32,000 nt of DNA from Cuniculiplasma divulgatum (GTDB lineage: Archaea > Thermoplasmatota > Thermoplasmata > Thermoplasmatales > Thermoplasmataceae), in contig NZ_LT671858.1 in assembly GCF_900083515.1 (NCBI RefSeq), forward strand, positions 1,140,001-1,172,000. Direction: 5' to 3'. Both the position numbers and the translations under genes were made by a program. Below the pieces are notes generated by a model. The model was not told the origin of the DNA and searched no databases. It saw only the letters and a program-made list of their open reading frames with translations. Position 1 is the stretch's first letter, and every line of letters starts with the position of its first letter. Of this stretch, positions 9,009 through 16,367 are shown one piece after another.

Positions 9009-9641
9009 ATGGAATACTGTATCATGGATGTTGATGATTATGAGAAAATGCTTTCAAAAGCTTCAGATGTTCTTGCTAAGGCAACTGTAAGCCAGGAAAG
9101 ATTGAAAATACCAAAGGCAATAATAATGGAAGAGGGAAAGGTTACTGTTGTCAGGAATTTCATGGATATTGTAGAGATGATAAATAGAGATCCGAAAGAA
9201 GTCGCAAAGTTTCTCACGAAGGAGTTTGGTATTGGAATGACAATAGATGGGAGAAGGCTCATCATTAATAGGAAAATATCTGAAGAGGACTTCAACAACA
9301 AGATGGAACAGTATATGAATGTGTACGTGAGATGCTATGAATGTAACTCCCCGGATACAGAAATTATCAAGGAGGCAAGGGTAAGCCTGATTTCATGTAA
9401 GGCATGTGGTGCGCAGCATCCCATTAATATGTCAAGGGAAATCATGATTGACAGGGATGAAATAAGAGAAAACAAAAAATATACAGTAACCATAGATTCC
9501 ATTGGTAAATCAGGTGAAGGAAGGACAAAACTGTATGGAACCAGCATAATCGTTCCCGGGGTTAAGAAAGGGCAAACTGTGAAGATTCTGGTTAAAAAAA
9601 TAAGGGATAATACAGCAATTGCGGAGGTAGTAAAGGATTAA
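9009..9641 (+). CDS. eif2b: Translation initiation factor aIF2 beta subunit with a C-terminal TRAM-like extension
   Basis: 210-aa ORF. It has an aIF2beta core (DYEKML..., VRNF..., CYECNSPDTEI...CKACGA zinc ribbon) followed by a ~55-aa tail, YTVTIDSIGKSGEGRTKLYGTSIIVPGVKKGQTVKILVKKIRDNTAIAEVV, that resembles a TRAM domain. The true start may be ATG 9024. Confidence 0.85.
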   Translation: MEYCIMDVDDYEKMLSKASDVLAKATVSQERLKIPKAIIMEEGKVTVVRNFMDIVEMINRDPKEVAKFLTKEFGIGMTIDGRRLIINRKISEEDFNNKMEQYMNVYVRCYECNSPDTEIIKEARVSLISCKACGAQHPINMSREIMIDRDEIRENKKYTVTIDSIGKSGEGRTKLYGTSIIVPGVKKGQTVKILVKKIRDNTAIAEVVKD

Positions 9642-9990
9642 AATTCTAATAGATACAAATATAATAATATATTCAGTAAAACAGAAGATAAATCTTCTTA
9701 TGGAACTGAAATTTTTCGACGGAAATGCTGAGCCATTTCTCAATAGATGTGTTGTTGAAGAGCTTTATGGACTTTCAAAGAAAAATAAAAGTGCAAAAAT
9801 CGGACTTGAGATGTTTGGTAAGATAGAAGTGGTTGATGGCGAAGGGAGGGGCGATGATTGCATCCTTGACTCATGCTTGAAATACAACCTGTGTTTATTA
9901 TCCAGTGACAGAAATCTGCTCAGAAGAGCAACTGATTTGAACTTGAAAACATTAACTCTTCAGGATGGTAGGAGGATAGGATGGTTCTGA
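9637..9990 (+). CDS. PIN-domain protein (Fcf1/Utp24-like, COG1412-type), extended 5' of the ORF-track call
   Basis: The ORF track begins at ATG 9700. The same frame stays open back to 9634 and encodes (I)KILIDTNIIIYSVKQKINLL, a canonical PIN N-terminus with the catalytic Asp. The C-terminal part carries GDDCILDSC...LLSSDRNLLRR. There is no ATG/GTG/TTG upstream, so the proposed start is ATT 9637, which overlaps the aIF2beta TAA stop. Confidence 0.65.
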   Translation: MKILIDTNIIIYSVKQKINLLMELKFFDGNAEPFLNRCVVEELYGLSKKNKSAKIGLEMFGKIEVVDGEGRGDDCILDSCLKYNLCLLSSDRNLLRRATDLNLKTLTLQDGRRIGWF

Positions 9991-10670
9991 TAAAAAAAGA
10001 GGATAGTCTTTCATTTGATGAATATGGTGCATTAAAAACGCTTGCCAGAATAAAGAAAAAACATGGTAGCATAAGACTCAGTTCATCTGAGCTAGGCGAA
10101 ATGCTCCTTGCGAGTCAGCAAACTGCATCTCGTTTGCTTATCAAAATGGAAGAAAGAGGATTTATTAAACGAGTACTCACTGGCAAGAAACAGAATATTA
10201 CCCTTGAGGAAAAGGGAATCAATGCACTTTATGAGGAAATGGCTGAACTATCTGATTTACTTGGAATTATGGAGAATTTTTCAATTTCAGGGACGGTGAG
10301 TTCAGGACTGGGTGAAGGTAGATACTATGTGTCGAAAAAACCATACGTTGTGCAGTTTTCTGAAAAGCTAGGAATTATACCCTATCCAGGAACTCTAAAT
10401 GTAAAAATATTGTCAGAAGATGAATCTAAGCTCAGAATGCTGAGAGCGAATGAAGGAATCCTTATTGAGGGTTTTGAATCAGACGATAGAACTTACGGTG
10501 ACGTAAAGGCTTTCGGCTGCAGAATTAAAAATGTGGAATGTGCTGCTATCTTCCCTTACAGATCAGTCTATAAAGATATAATTGAGATTATAAGTTCAGA
10601 ATATCTAAGAGAAAAGCTGAGTCTTAACGACGGTGATCTTGTTAAGATTGATTTTACCATTAGAAACTAA
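9981..10670 (+). CDS. ribK: wHTH-fused CTP-dependent riboflavin kinase (RbkR-like bifunctional regulator/kinase)
   Basis: 229-aa ORF. The N-terminal ~90 aa form a winged-HTH (SSSELGEMLLASQQTASRLLIKMEERGFIKR). The C-terminal part carries the archaeal RibK signature GLGEGRYYV...YPGTLNV. Confidence 0.8.
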   Translation: MVLIKKEDSLSFDEYGALKTLARIKKKHGSIRLSSSELGEMLLASQQTASRLLIKMEERGFIKRVLTGKKQNITLEEKGINALYEEMAELSDLLGIMENFSISGTVSSGLGEGRYYVSKKPYVVQFSEKLGIIPYPGTLNVKILSEDESKLRMLRANEGILIEGFESDDRTYGDVKAFGCRIKNVECAAIFPYRSVYKDIIEIISSEYLREKLSLNDGDLVKIDFTIRN

Positions 10671-10923
10671 CATCAAGCTTTCCGCTTTCAATTTCATCGC
10701 ATACCTTCTTGAATCTTGCCTTAAATTTTTCCTCGTCCAGCCCACATTCAAGAAGTTCTGAATATACTTCAAATGATTCGCCATCAACATTCCTTCCATT
10801 ATAAACTGTTATGGCTCCACAGCTTCTGGCTGCATCGAAATTGTATCGGTATGTGCCTGTCACGGTAACATTTCTGCCTTCTATATAATCTGAAACTTTT
10901 TCAAAATCTTTCATATGCTTCAT
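10660..10923 (-). CDS. Hypothetical 87-aa protein translationally coupled to purL
   Basis: The ORF-track frame spans 10660..10953. The internal ATG at 10923..10921 forms an exact ATGA overlap with the purL stop (10922..10920), giving MKHMKDFEKVSDYIEGRNVTVTGTYRY... I recognise no family. Confidence 0.5.
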   Translation of the reverse strand: MKHMKDFEKVSDYIEGRNVTVTGTYRYNFDAARSCGAITVYNGRNVDGESFEVYSELLECGLDEEKFKARFKKVCDEIESGKLDVSF

Positions 10924-13232
10924 CCAACTATTGTTTCTAATCCCGTCTCCCATATGGTTCTTAGGGATTCAATACTTTTGTGTAATATGATCTGTTCATC
11001 ATTTACCACAATTGCCTCTTTTCCCTCAACGATCCCAATTTTCCTTGTCATTACACCCTTGAATGCCTCTTCGAACTCTGCCTCCTTTCCTCTGGCAACC
11101 TCAAAAATAAACCTGTTTCCTGATTCTGAGAATAACTTGTTCAGAACCCTCACAGGGGATATACTTGATATATCAACCTTAAAACCCTTTTCTGATCCAA
11201 AGCTCATTTCTAACAGTGAAATTATGAGCCCACCTGTTGAAATATCGTGAATAGAGTTTATCATAGCTGAAGATTTGTGCTTTATGATCAGACGTCTGAA
11301 ACTTGCCAGTTCTTCCAAATCCATTGGTTCAAGGGATCCAGTCTGTTCGTCTCTCATAATGGAATATTGACTTCCCGCAAGGCTATATCCAGAGGATCCA
11401 AGAAGATATAATGTGGAACCTTCCTCCTTAAAATCTGGTGAGAATATTTCTGAATAATTGTCAGTAATACCAATCATAAGTATATTGGGTGTTGGTGGAA
11501 TGTTATTTTTCCCTATGTGATTGTAAAGGCTTACGTTCCCAGCAACAACCGGAAGGGAGAAGAATTTGCAGAAGTCTCTAATGGCCTCCAGTGAATTCTT
11601 GAATTGCATCATAACAGTCATGTCGTTAGGGTTTCCAAAATTCAGGGAATCTATTACGGAATGTGGATCTGTACCTGAACAGAGGAGATTTCTAAATCTC
11701 TTTGCAAGAGTCCATATGGTTCCATTATATGGATCTATCTGAGTTGCGTTTACCGATGAACCTGATGATAGACTTAATCCATAAGAAGAATGATCATCCA
11801 TCCTCAGAACTGATGAGTCAGAGTGCGTTTCTTTATTTGGAAGTCCAACAAATGGTTTCTGAACAGTGTTTCCTCTTACTGTATGGTCATACTGACGAAT
11901 AACAGGAAACTTTCCACTGTTGTTGAAGTCTTTTATCACTTCAATAATTTCATCCTCCAGGTTGTTTGGATCTTTCAAATAAACGGTAGAGCGTGTCTCA
12001 TGTTTACTGTTAAAATAGGGTTTAGAATATAATGGACCGGATGTCAGGAAGTTTAAAGAAAGGTCCATAACAAGGTTTTCCTGATAAAACAATTTCATTC
12101 TTTTTCCAGGAACAGACCTTCCTATAATACTAAATGGAAGATCCCATCTTTCAAATATTCCTGATATCTCATCGATGCTTTCCTGTTGAACTGCAAGGAG
12201 CATCCTCTCCTGACTTTCACTTATCCAGATTTCCCATGGAAGCATTCCCTGCTCTTTTGTGAGTACTTTATCAAGGTGAATTTCGCCACCAGCACCTCCT
12301 GCAAGACACATTTCTCCTGCTGCGCTTGAAAGCCCACCTCCTCCGAGGTCCTTCATTCCACTTATAAGTCCTTTATCATTGGCCTCTAGTATTGCCTTTA
12401 TGAGTGGTTCCTTGACAATAGGGTTACCGAGCTGTACCGCTTTCCTGCTTTCTCGATCATCCTTTTCCAGGTTACGGGATGCAAAGTTTACTCCATGTAT
12501 TCCATCTCTTCCAGTTTTGCCCCCAACAAGAATTAGTATATCGTGGGTTGAACTGACCCTGCTTCTGCTTATGTTTTTCTCTTTTATTACCCCAACGCAT
12601 CCAACATTTACCAGTGGTATTCCCTCAAATTGCTTTCCAAAATATAGTGATCCTGCAACAGTTGGTATGCCTACCCTATTACCATAATCCCTTATTCCTG
12701 ATATTATATGGTTAACTGTAAAATGTGTATTTAGATAACCTTCAGGTATCACACCCTTACCATTACCAAGGTACAGTGAATCTATGACTCCAATTGGTTG
12801 TGAACCCATACATAGTATATCTCTGAGAATGCCTCCAACTCCTGTTGCAGCGCCACCATAGGGTTCTACTGCACTTGGATGATTGTGACTTTCCATTTTA
12901 ACTACGTAATCCAGGTCGTCCTTAACATTTACAACTCCTGCATCATCTTCCATTGCAAGTACAGTATATGGAGTACGAAGATTGGAAAGATATTTCTTCA
13001 GATAGATTTTAGATGATTTGTAGCAGCAGTGTTCACTCCACGCCTGACCCATTGCCTGTAACTCTGTCTCAGTTGGGTCTCTGCCCATATATAAAAAATA
13101 ATTCTTAAGACGGATCATCTCCTCAATATCAAGCCCCAGCCCCATTTTTGAGCTTAGTTCCATGAGAGAGTCATTATCAAAATTCCCTATTGGGATGGCC
13201 CCATATAGAGGCGTTTCTGGTCCAGAATTCAA
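10920..13232 (-). CDS. purL: Phosphoribosylformylglycinamidine synthase subunit PurL (FGAM synthase II)
   Basis: 770-aa ORF with PurL motifs: ELQAMGQAWSEHCCYKSSK, ESHNHPSAVEPYGGAATGVGG, RDGIHG. The TTG start lies 2 nt after the purS stop. Confidence 0.95.
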   Translation of the reverse strand: MNSGPETPLYGAIPIGNFDNDSLMELSSKMGLGLDIEEMIRLKNYFLYMGRDPTETELQAMGQAWSEHCCYKSSKIYLKKYLSNLRTPYTVLAMEDDAGVVNVKDDLDYVVKMESHNHPSAVEPYGGAATGVGGILRDILCMGSQPIGVIDSLYLGNGKGVIPEGYLNTHFTVNHIISGIRDYGNRVGIPTVAGSLYFGKQFEGIPLVNVGCVGVIKEKNISRSRVSSTHDILILVGGKTGRDGIHGVNFASRNLEKDDRESRKAVQLGNPIVKEPLIKAILEANDKGLISGMKDLGGGGLSSAAGEMCLAGGAGGEIHLDKVLTKEQGMLPWEIWISESQERMLLAVQQESIDEISGIFERWDLPFSIIGRSVPGKRMKLFYQENLVMDLSLNFLTSGPLYSKPYFNSKHETRSTVYLKDPNNLEDEIIEVIKDFNNSGKFPVIRQYDHTVRGNTVQKPFVGLPNKETHSDSSVLRMDDHSSYGLSLSSGSSVNATQIDPYNGTIWTLAKRFRNLLCSGTDPHSVIDSLNFGNPNDMTVMMQFKNSLEAIRDFCKFFSLPVVAGNVSLYNHIGKNNIPPTPNILMIGITDNYSEIFSPDFKEEGSTLYLLGSSGYSLAGSQYSIMRDEQTGSLEPMDLEELASFRRLIIKHKSSAMINSIHDISTGGLIISLLEMSFGSEKGFKVDISSISPVRVLNKLFSESGNRFIFEVARGKEAEFEEAFKGVMTRKIGIVEGKEAIVVNDEQIILHKSIESLRTIWETGLETIVG

Positions 13233-13234
13233 AA

Positions 13235-13480
13235 CTACTCACCCAGGACGATTAACTTATAGTTATTTATAACGGGATTGATCAAAATGCTCTCTGCTAT
13301 GGTTTTTGCCATATTTTTTGCCGTTTCTTCATCCTCAGAGAACTCCATTTCATAAACTTTTAACATTGAAACCTTATCAATGCTATAATAACCCAGAATT
13401 CCTAAATTGTGGTGAAGTGTAGTTGCCTCAGGATCCTCAACTCCGGGAAGATAACTTATTTCTAATCTGATCTTGACCAT
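13235..13480 (-). CDS. purS: Phosphoribosylformylglycinamidine synthase subunit PurS
   Basis: 81-aa ORF (MVKIRLEISYLPGVEDPEATTL...) of typical PurS size, with the GV.DPE motif, sitting directly upstream of purL. Confidence 0.85.
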   Translation of the reverse strand: MVKIRLEISYLPGVEDPEATTLHHNLGILGYYSIDKVSMLKVYEMEFSEDEETAKNMAKTIAESILINPVINNYKLIVLGE

Positions 13481-13625
13481 CTAAGTACCATATGTCATTA
13501 TGATTAAATTATTTTACATTTTCTATAGTTCCTTTTAATGGTTTCATCTGCCATATAAAACTTCAACTCAAAAAATTTCATATTAGTAAAGGGTTAAATT
13601 TAGAGCTTTTTAATCTTTTAAATGA

Positions 13626-14360
13626 TCATCTTATGGAATCTATTATTGGCTTTAGGGAAGAATAAACATCAACGGCCTGTTCGGCTAAGGTCCCTGTAAC
13701 AATTATATCAGCACCCGCGTTACATATTTCTTTAGCAGATAATGGTGTCCTGATTCCACCTCCGACAATCACAGGGATAGAGGAGTATTTTTTAACTTCC
13801 TTTATCACGTTTGCGCTTATATGTGATGGTGCCCCGCTTCCCGCCTCCATATATACAAGCTTCATACCCAGCAGTTCTGCTGCAAGGGCGTAGTTAACGG
13901 CAAGAGATTTATCTTCTCTACCTATGAGCATTGCTTTACCAACCCTTCCTACGGTCATTCCCGGTTCGAAAATAATATATCCCATGGGGATAGATTCAAT
14001 TCCACTTGTTTTAACAAGCTTTGCCGCTTTCACCTGATGATCCATTAAGAATTCCCTATCCTTAGAATTGAGAAGTGACATGAAAAATATTGCGTCCGCG
14101 TTTTTCGTGAACATGTCGGATGAACCTGGAAAGATGATTACTGGAAGTTCTGTTTTTGATTTAATTCTTAGGGCAGCCTCGTCCATCTCTTTTATGGTAA
14201 GATGAGTGCTACCACCCAGCAGTATGAAGTCAGTACCGGCCCTTCCCGCCTCATGGGCTATATTTGCGCTACCTTCAAATCCTGAGGTTGCTGGATCTAT
14301 AAGGGTCATGTGAACCTTTCCCTTCTCCGATTTCTTAATAATTTGATCATATACATTCAT
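13626..14360 (-). CDS. Geranylgeranylglyceryl phosphate synthase (PcrB/GGGPS family)
   Basis: 244-aa TIM-barrel-sized ORF with GKVHMTLIDP, DFILLGGS, YMEAGSGA and VGGGIR motifs typical of GGGPS. Confidence 0.85.
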   Translation of the reverse strand: MNVYDQIIKKSEKGKVHMTLIDPATSGFEGSANIAHEAGRAGTDFILLGGSTHLTIKEMDEAALRIKSKTELPVIIFPGSSDMFTKNADAIFFMSLLNSKDREFLMDHQVKAAKLVKTSGIESIPMGYIIFEPGMTVGRVGKAMLIGREDKSLAVNYALAAELLGMKLVYMEAGSGAPSHISANVIKEVKKYSSIPVIVGGGIRTPLSAKEICNAGADIIVTGTLAEQAVDVYSSLKPIIDSIR

Positions 14361-15175
14361 GTTAATCCACCTATAGTAAATGATAAGAGACCGAGAATCA
14401 TGGATAGTTTAGAGAACTGCTGACCCTTTTTAGCGCTCCTGTACTGGGTTATCATCGTAATCACAAAGAATATATCACACAACATGACTGCTAAAAGGTA
14501 ATAAACTCCAAAAATTTTTTCTGTATAAGGAAGAATGGAAAAAGCCAGAGTTATGATAATAAATATTGTGGATAAGTTTAAGGCATTTCCCTTTCCGTGC
14601 ACCCTGGGAAATGTCTTTCTGTCTACATCGCCATCAAAATCCTGAACGTCCTTAATTAGTTCCCTTGATGCATTTGAAAACATTGCCAGGAAAAATAGAA
14701 GGATAGTTTTTTGGGGATCATTGAAAATTACACCTCCATAAAGAAAGATAAGTCCTATAAGTGCACTCACTGTAAGATTGCCGGGAAGACCTGAATATTT
14801 TCCCTTAGTTTCATAATAAATGAGAAGTATAATTGCGGCCAGTGCAATAAATGTCCCATATAATGGTAAGAATACTATGGCTAGAACCACGGCGACTATG
14901 TAGGAACCTGAGAAGATATATGTTGCACTTTTTCTGGAAATTACCCCCGTAGGTATTGGTCTTTCTGGATGATTTACTTTGTCTGTCTCAGAATCCAGAA
15001 CGTCATTCATTATGTTTCCTCCTGTCAAAACAAGAAATACAACCAGTGAAGCTATGGCAACAGTAAAAAGATTGTACTGAATTGAATATCCTATAGCCAC
15101 CAGTGACGAGATTACAGTGCCTATAACTGCCATAACGGCATTAACTGGACGAAACAGCCTGACTATTGGATTCAC
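14357..15175 (-). CDS. UbiA-family prenyltransferase, likely digeranylgeranylglyceryl phosphate synthase
   Basis: 272-aa polytopic ORF with the UbiA Asp-rich motif NDVLDSETDKVNHPERPIP and a second DxxxD-type motif (DVQDFDGD). GTG start. ATGA overlap with the GGGPS start. Confidence 0.8.
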   Translation of the reverse strand: MNPIVRLFRPVNAVMAVIGTVISSLVAIGYSIQYNLFTVAIASLVVFLVLTGGNIMNDVLDSETDKVNHPERPIPTGVISRKSATYIFSGSYIVAVVLAIVFLPLYGTFIALAAIILLIYYETKGKYSGLPGNLTVSALIGLIFLYGGVIFNDPQKTILLFFLAMFSNASRELIKDVQDFDGDVDRKTFPRVHGKGNALNLSTIFIIITLAFSILPYTEKIFGVYYLLAVMLCDIFFVITMITQYRSAKKGQQFSKLSMILGLLSFTIGGLT

Positions 15176-15302
15176 TATGGGTTAAGTGTTAATCTTTATA
15201 AATTATTTCCCATATTATTCCGGACGGGTCTCTATTACGACTCAATTCCCAGTGATAGTATTTGCGTATAGATGATAGAACATTAAGATCTTTCCCTTAA
15301 AA

Positions 15303-16367
15303 TTATCCTTTTTTCTGTTGTATAAGGGTATTTATGAGTTCTAAAGGTTTATCTGACTTAAAGCCCGTTGGGGAGAAATGTGTCCTTGCTACCTTAATTC
15401 CATTTTCTTCAGAAATCTTAACTACGGAATCAGTTGACGGCAGGTTGATCTTTCTCCTTGACATACTTTCGCTTAAGTCTGTAAAAAAAAGTTCCATGTC
15501 TTCATTCTTTAGTTTTCTTATAAAATCTGAAGTTTTTTCATACACTGTTGATGGAAAAACCATTTCTTTTTCGATGAATATAGTGTTCATCTTTCCAGAC
15601 CAAATTGGTCCAATATATCGATCGGGATATACCGTATCTTTAATCTCATGCAAATTGATGTGCTTTAAGTTGAGAAGAGAGCTTTCTGCATCCTTTACGC
15701 TCTTGTTTATCCTTACTATAACCCTATAATAATGACCATGCCACATTGAGATCATTGGTTCCATTCCACAATCAAGAGTAGCGGCCCTTCTTGCTATAAA
15801 TCCAAGTAAATTCCTGATTCCCATTTCATGTCGCAAACTATTATTTAGAACTTCGGTACCATATCTTCGTAGATTCTTATCCTTCAATGATCCTGAGAGA
15901 ACGCTTAAATCTGTGGCTGTGAAACCAATATAACCATGATTGCTTACGTAATTTATGGCGATGTCCACAAAAGGTACGACTGAACCATATGGGTCCACAT
16001 CGATAAAATCAAAGTGAAATTTTGATACAATTGATTCAAATGGCTCATTATATATCTCAATTTGGGATTCGTTACTTTTAGCATTTTCAATTATTTTTTG
16101 AAAAGATACGAAACTTCTCTCACTAACAACGGAACGAACGCCTGTCTCCTTTTCTGCTCTTAAAGCCCTTATTCCTGTTGCCCCAAATCCGTCCAGATAC
16201 AATCTTGGTTTTACTGTGTTGATAAAAGATATGGTAAGATCTCTGTTTAACTTTTGAGAAAAGTTGAGGAAACCACTGGAAATCTTTCCTGGTCCCTTCT
16301 CTGGTCTGGATGACCCATCAGGAACGTTGAAATCAACCTCTACTTTTCCTTCTCTGTATATACTTAT
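15303..16367 (-). CDS. trm1: tRNA (guanine26-N2)-dimethyltransferase Trm1, extended 5' of the ORF-track call
   Basis: The ORF-track start is TTG 16202. The frame stays open up to a TAG at 16421..16419 and encodes SIYREGKVEVDFNVPDG...GFLNFSQKLNRDLTISFINTVKPR, which is the conserved Trm1 N-terminus (EGKA.I...FYNP...NRD). That stretch contains no ATG/GTG/TTG. ATA 16367..16365 forms an ATAA overlap with the upstream stop. Confidence 0.75.
   Translation of the reverse strand: MSIYREGKVEVDFNVPDGSSRPEKGPGKISSGFLNFSQKLNRDLTISFINTVKPRLYLDGFGATGIRALRAEKETGVRSVVSERSFVSFQKIIENAKSNESQIEIYNEPFESIVSKFHFDFIDVDPYGSVVPFVDIAINYVSNHGYIGFTATDLSVLSGSLKDKNLRRYGTEVLNNSLRHEMGIRNLLGFIARRAATLDCGMEPMISMWHGHYYRVIVRINKSVKDAESSLLNLKHINLHEIKDTVYPDRYIGPIWSGKMNTIFIEKEMVFPSTVYEKTSDFIRKLKNEDMELFFTDLSESMSRRKINLPSTDSVVKISEENGIKVARTHFSPTGFKSDKPLELINTLIQQKKG

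Noticed and set aside
9038-10799. ORFs 9038-9301, 9335-9547, 9510-9743, 10108-10299 and 10605-10799.
   Set aside because: They are embedded in, or antisense to, aIF2beta, the PIN gene, RbkR and the 87-aa gene. Their translations look like hydrophobic or Ser-rich antisense artefacts.
10924-10953. A 10-codon N-terminal extension of the 87-aa gene (ORF-track start at 10953), overlapping purL by 34 nt.
   Set aside because: The internal ATG at 10923 gives the same ATGA stop/start junction used throughout this window. The extension (MGDGIRNNSW) is probably read-through of the purL 3' end. I cannot exclude it without data.
10915-12687. Plus-strand ORFs inside purL (10915-11250, 11702-11902, 11823-12032, 12379-12687).
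   Set aside because: They are antisense to a 770-aa gene with unambiguous PurL motifs.
15176-15302. A possible C/D-box sRNA in the trm1 / DGGGPS spacer (GTGATAG and GATGATAG strings), and similarly in 3363-3441 (ATGACG, CTGA x2).
   Set aside because: None of the strings matches the RUGAUGA C box with a CUGA D box at the correct spacing, and there are no terminal pairing stems. These are most likely chance matches.
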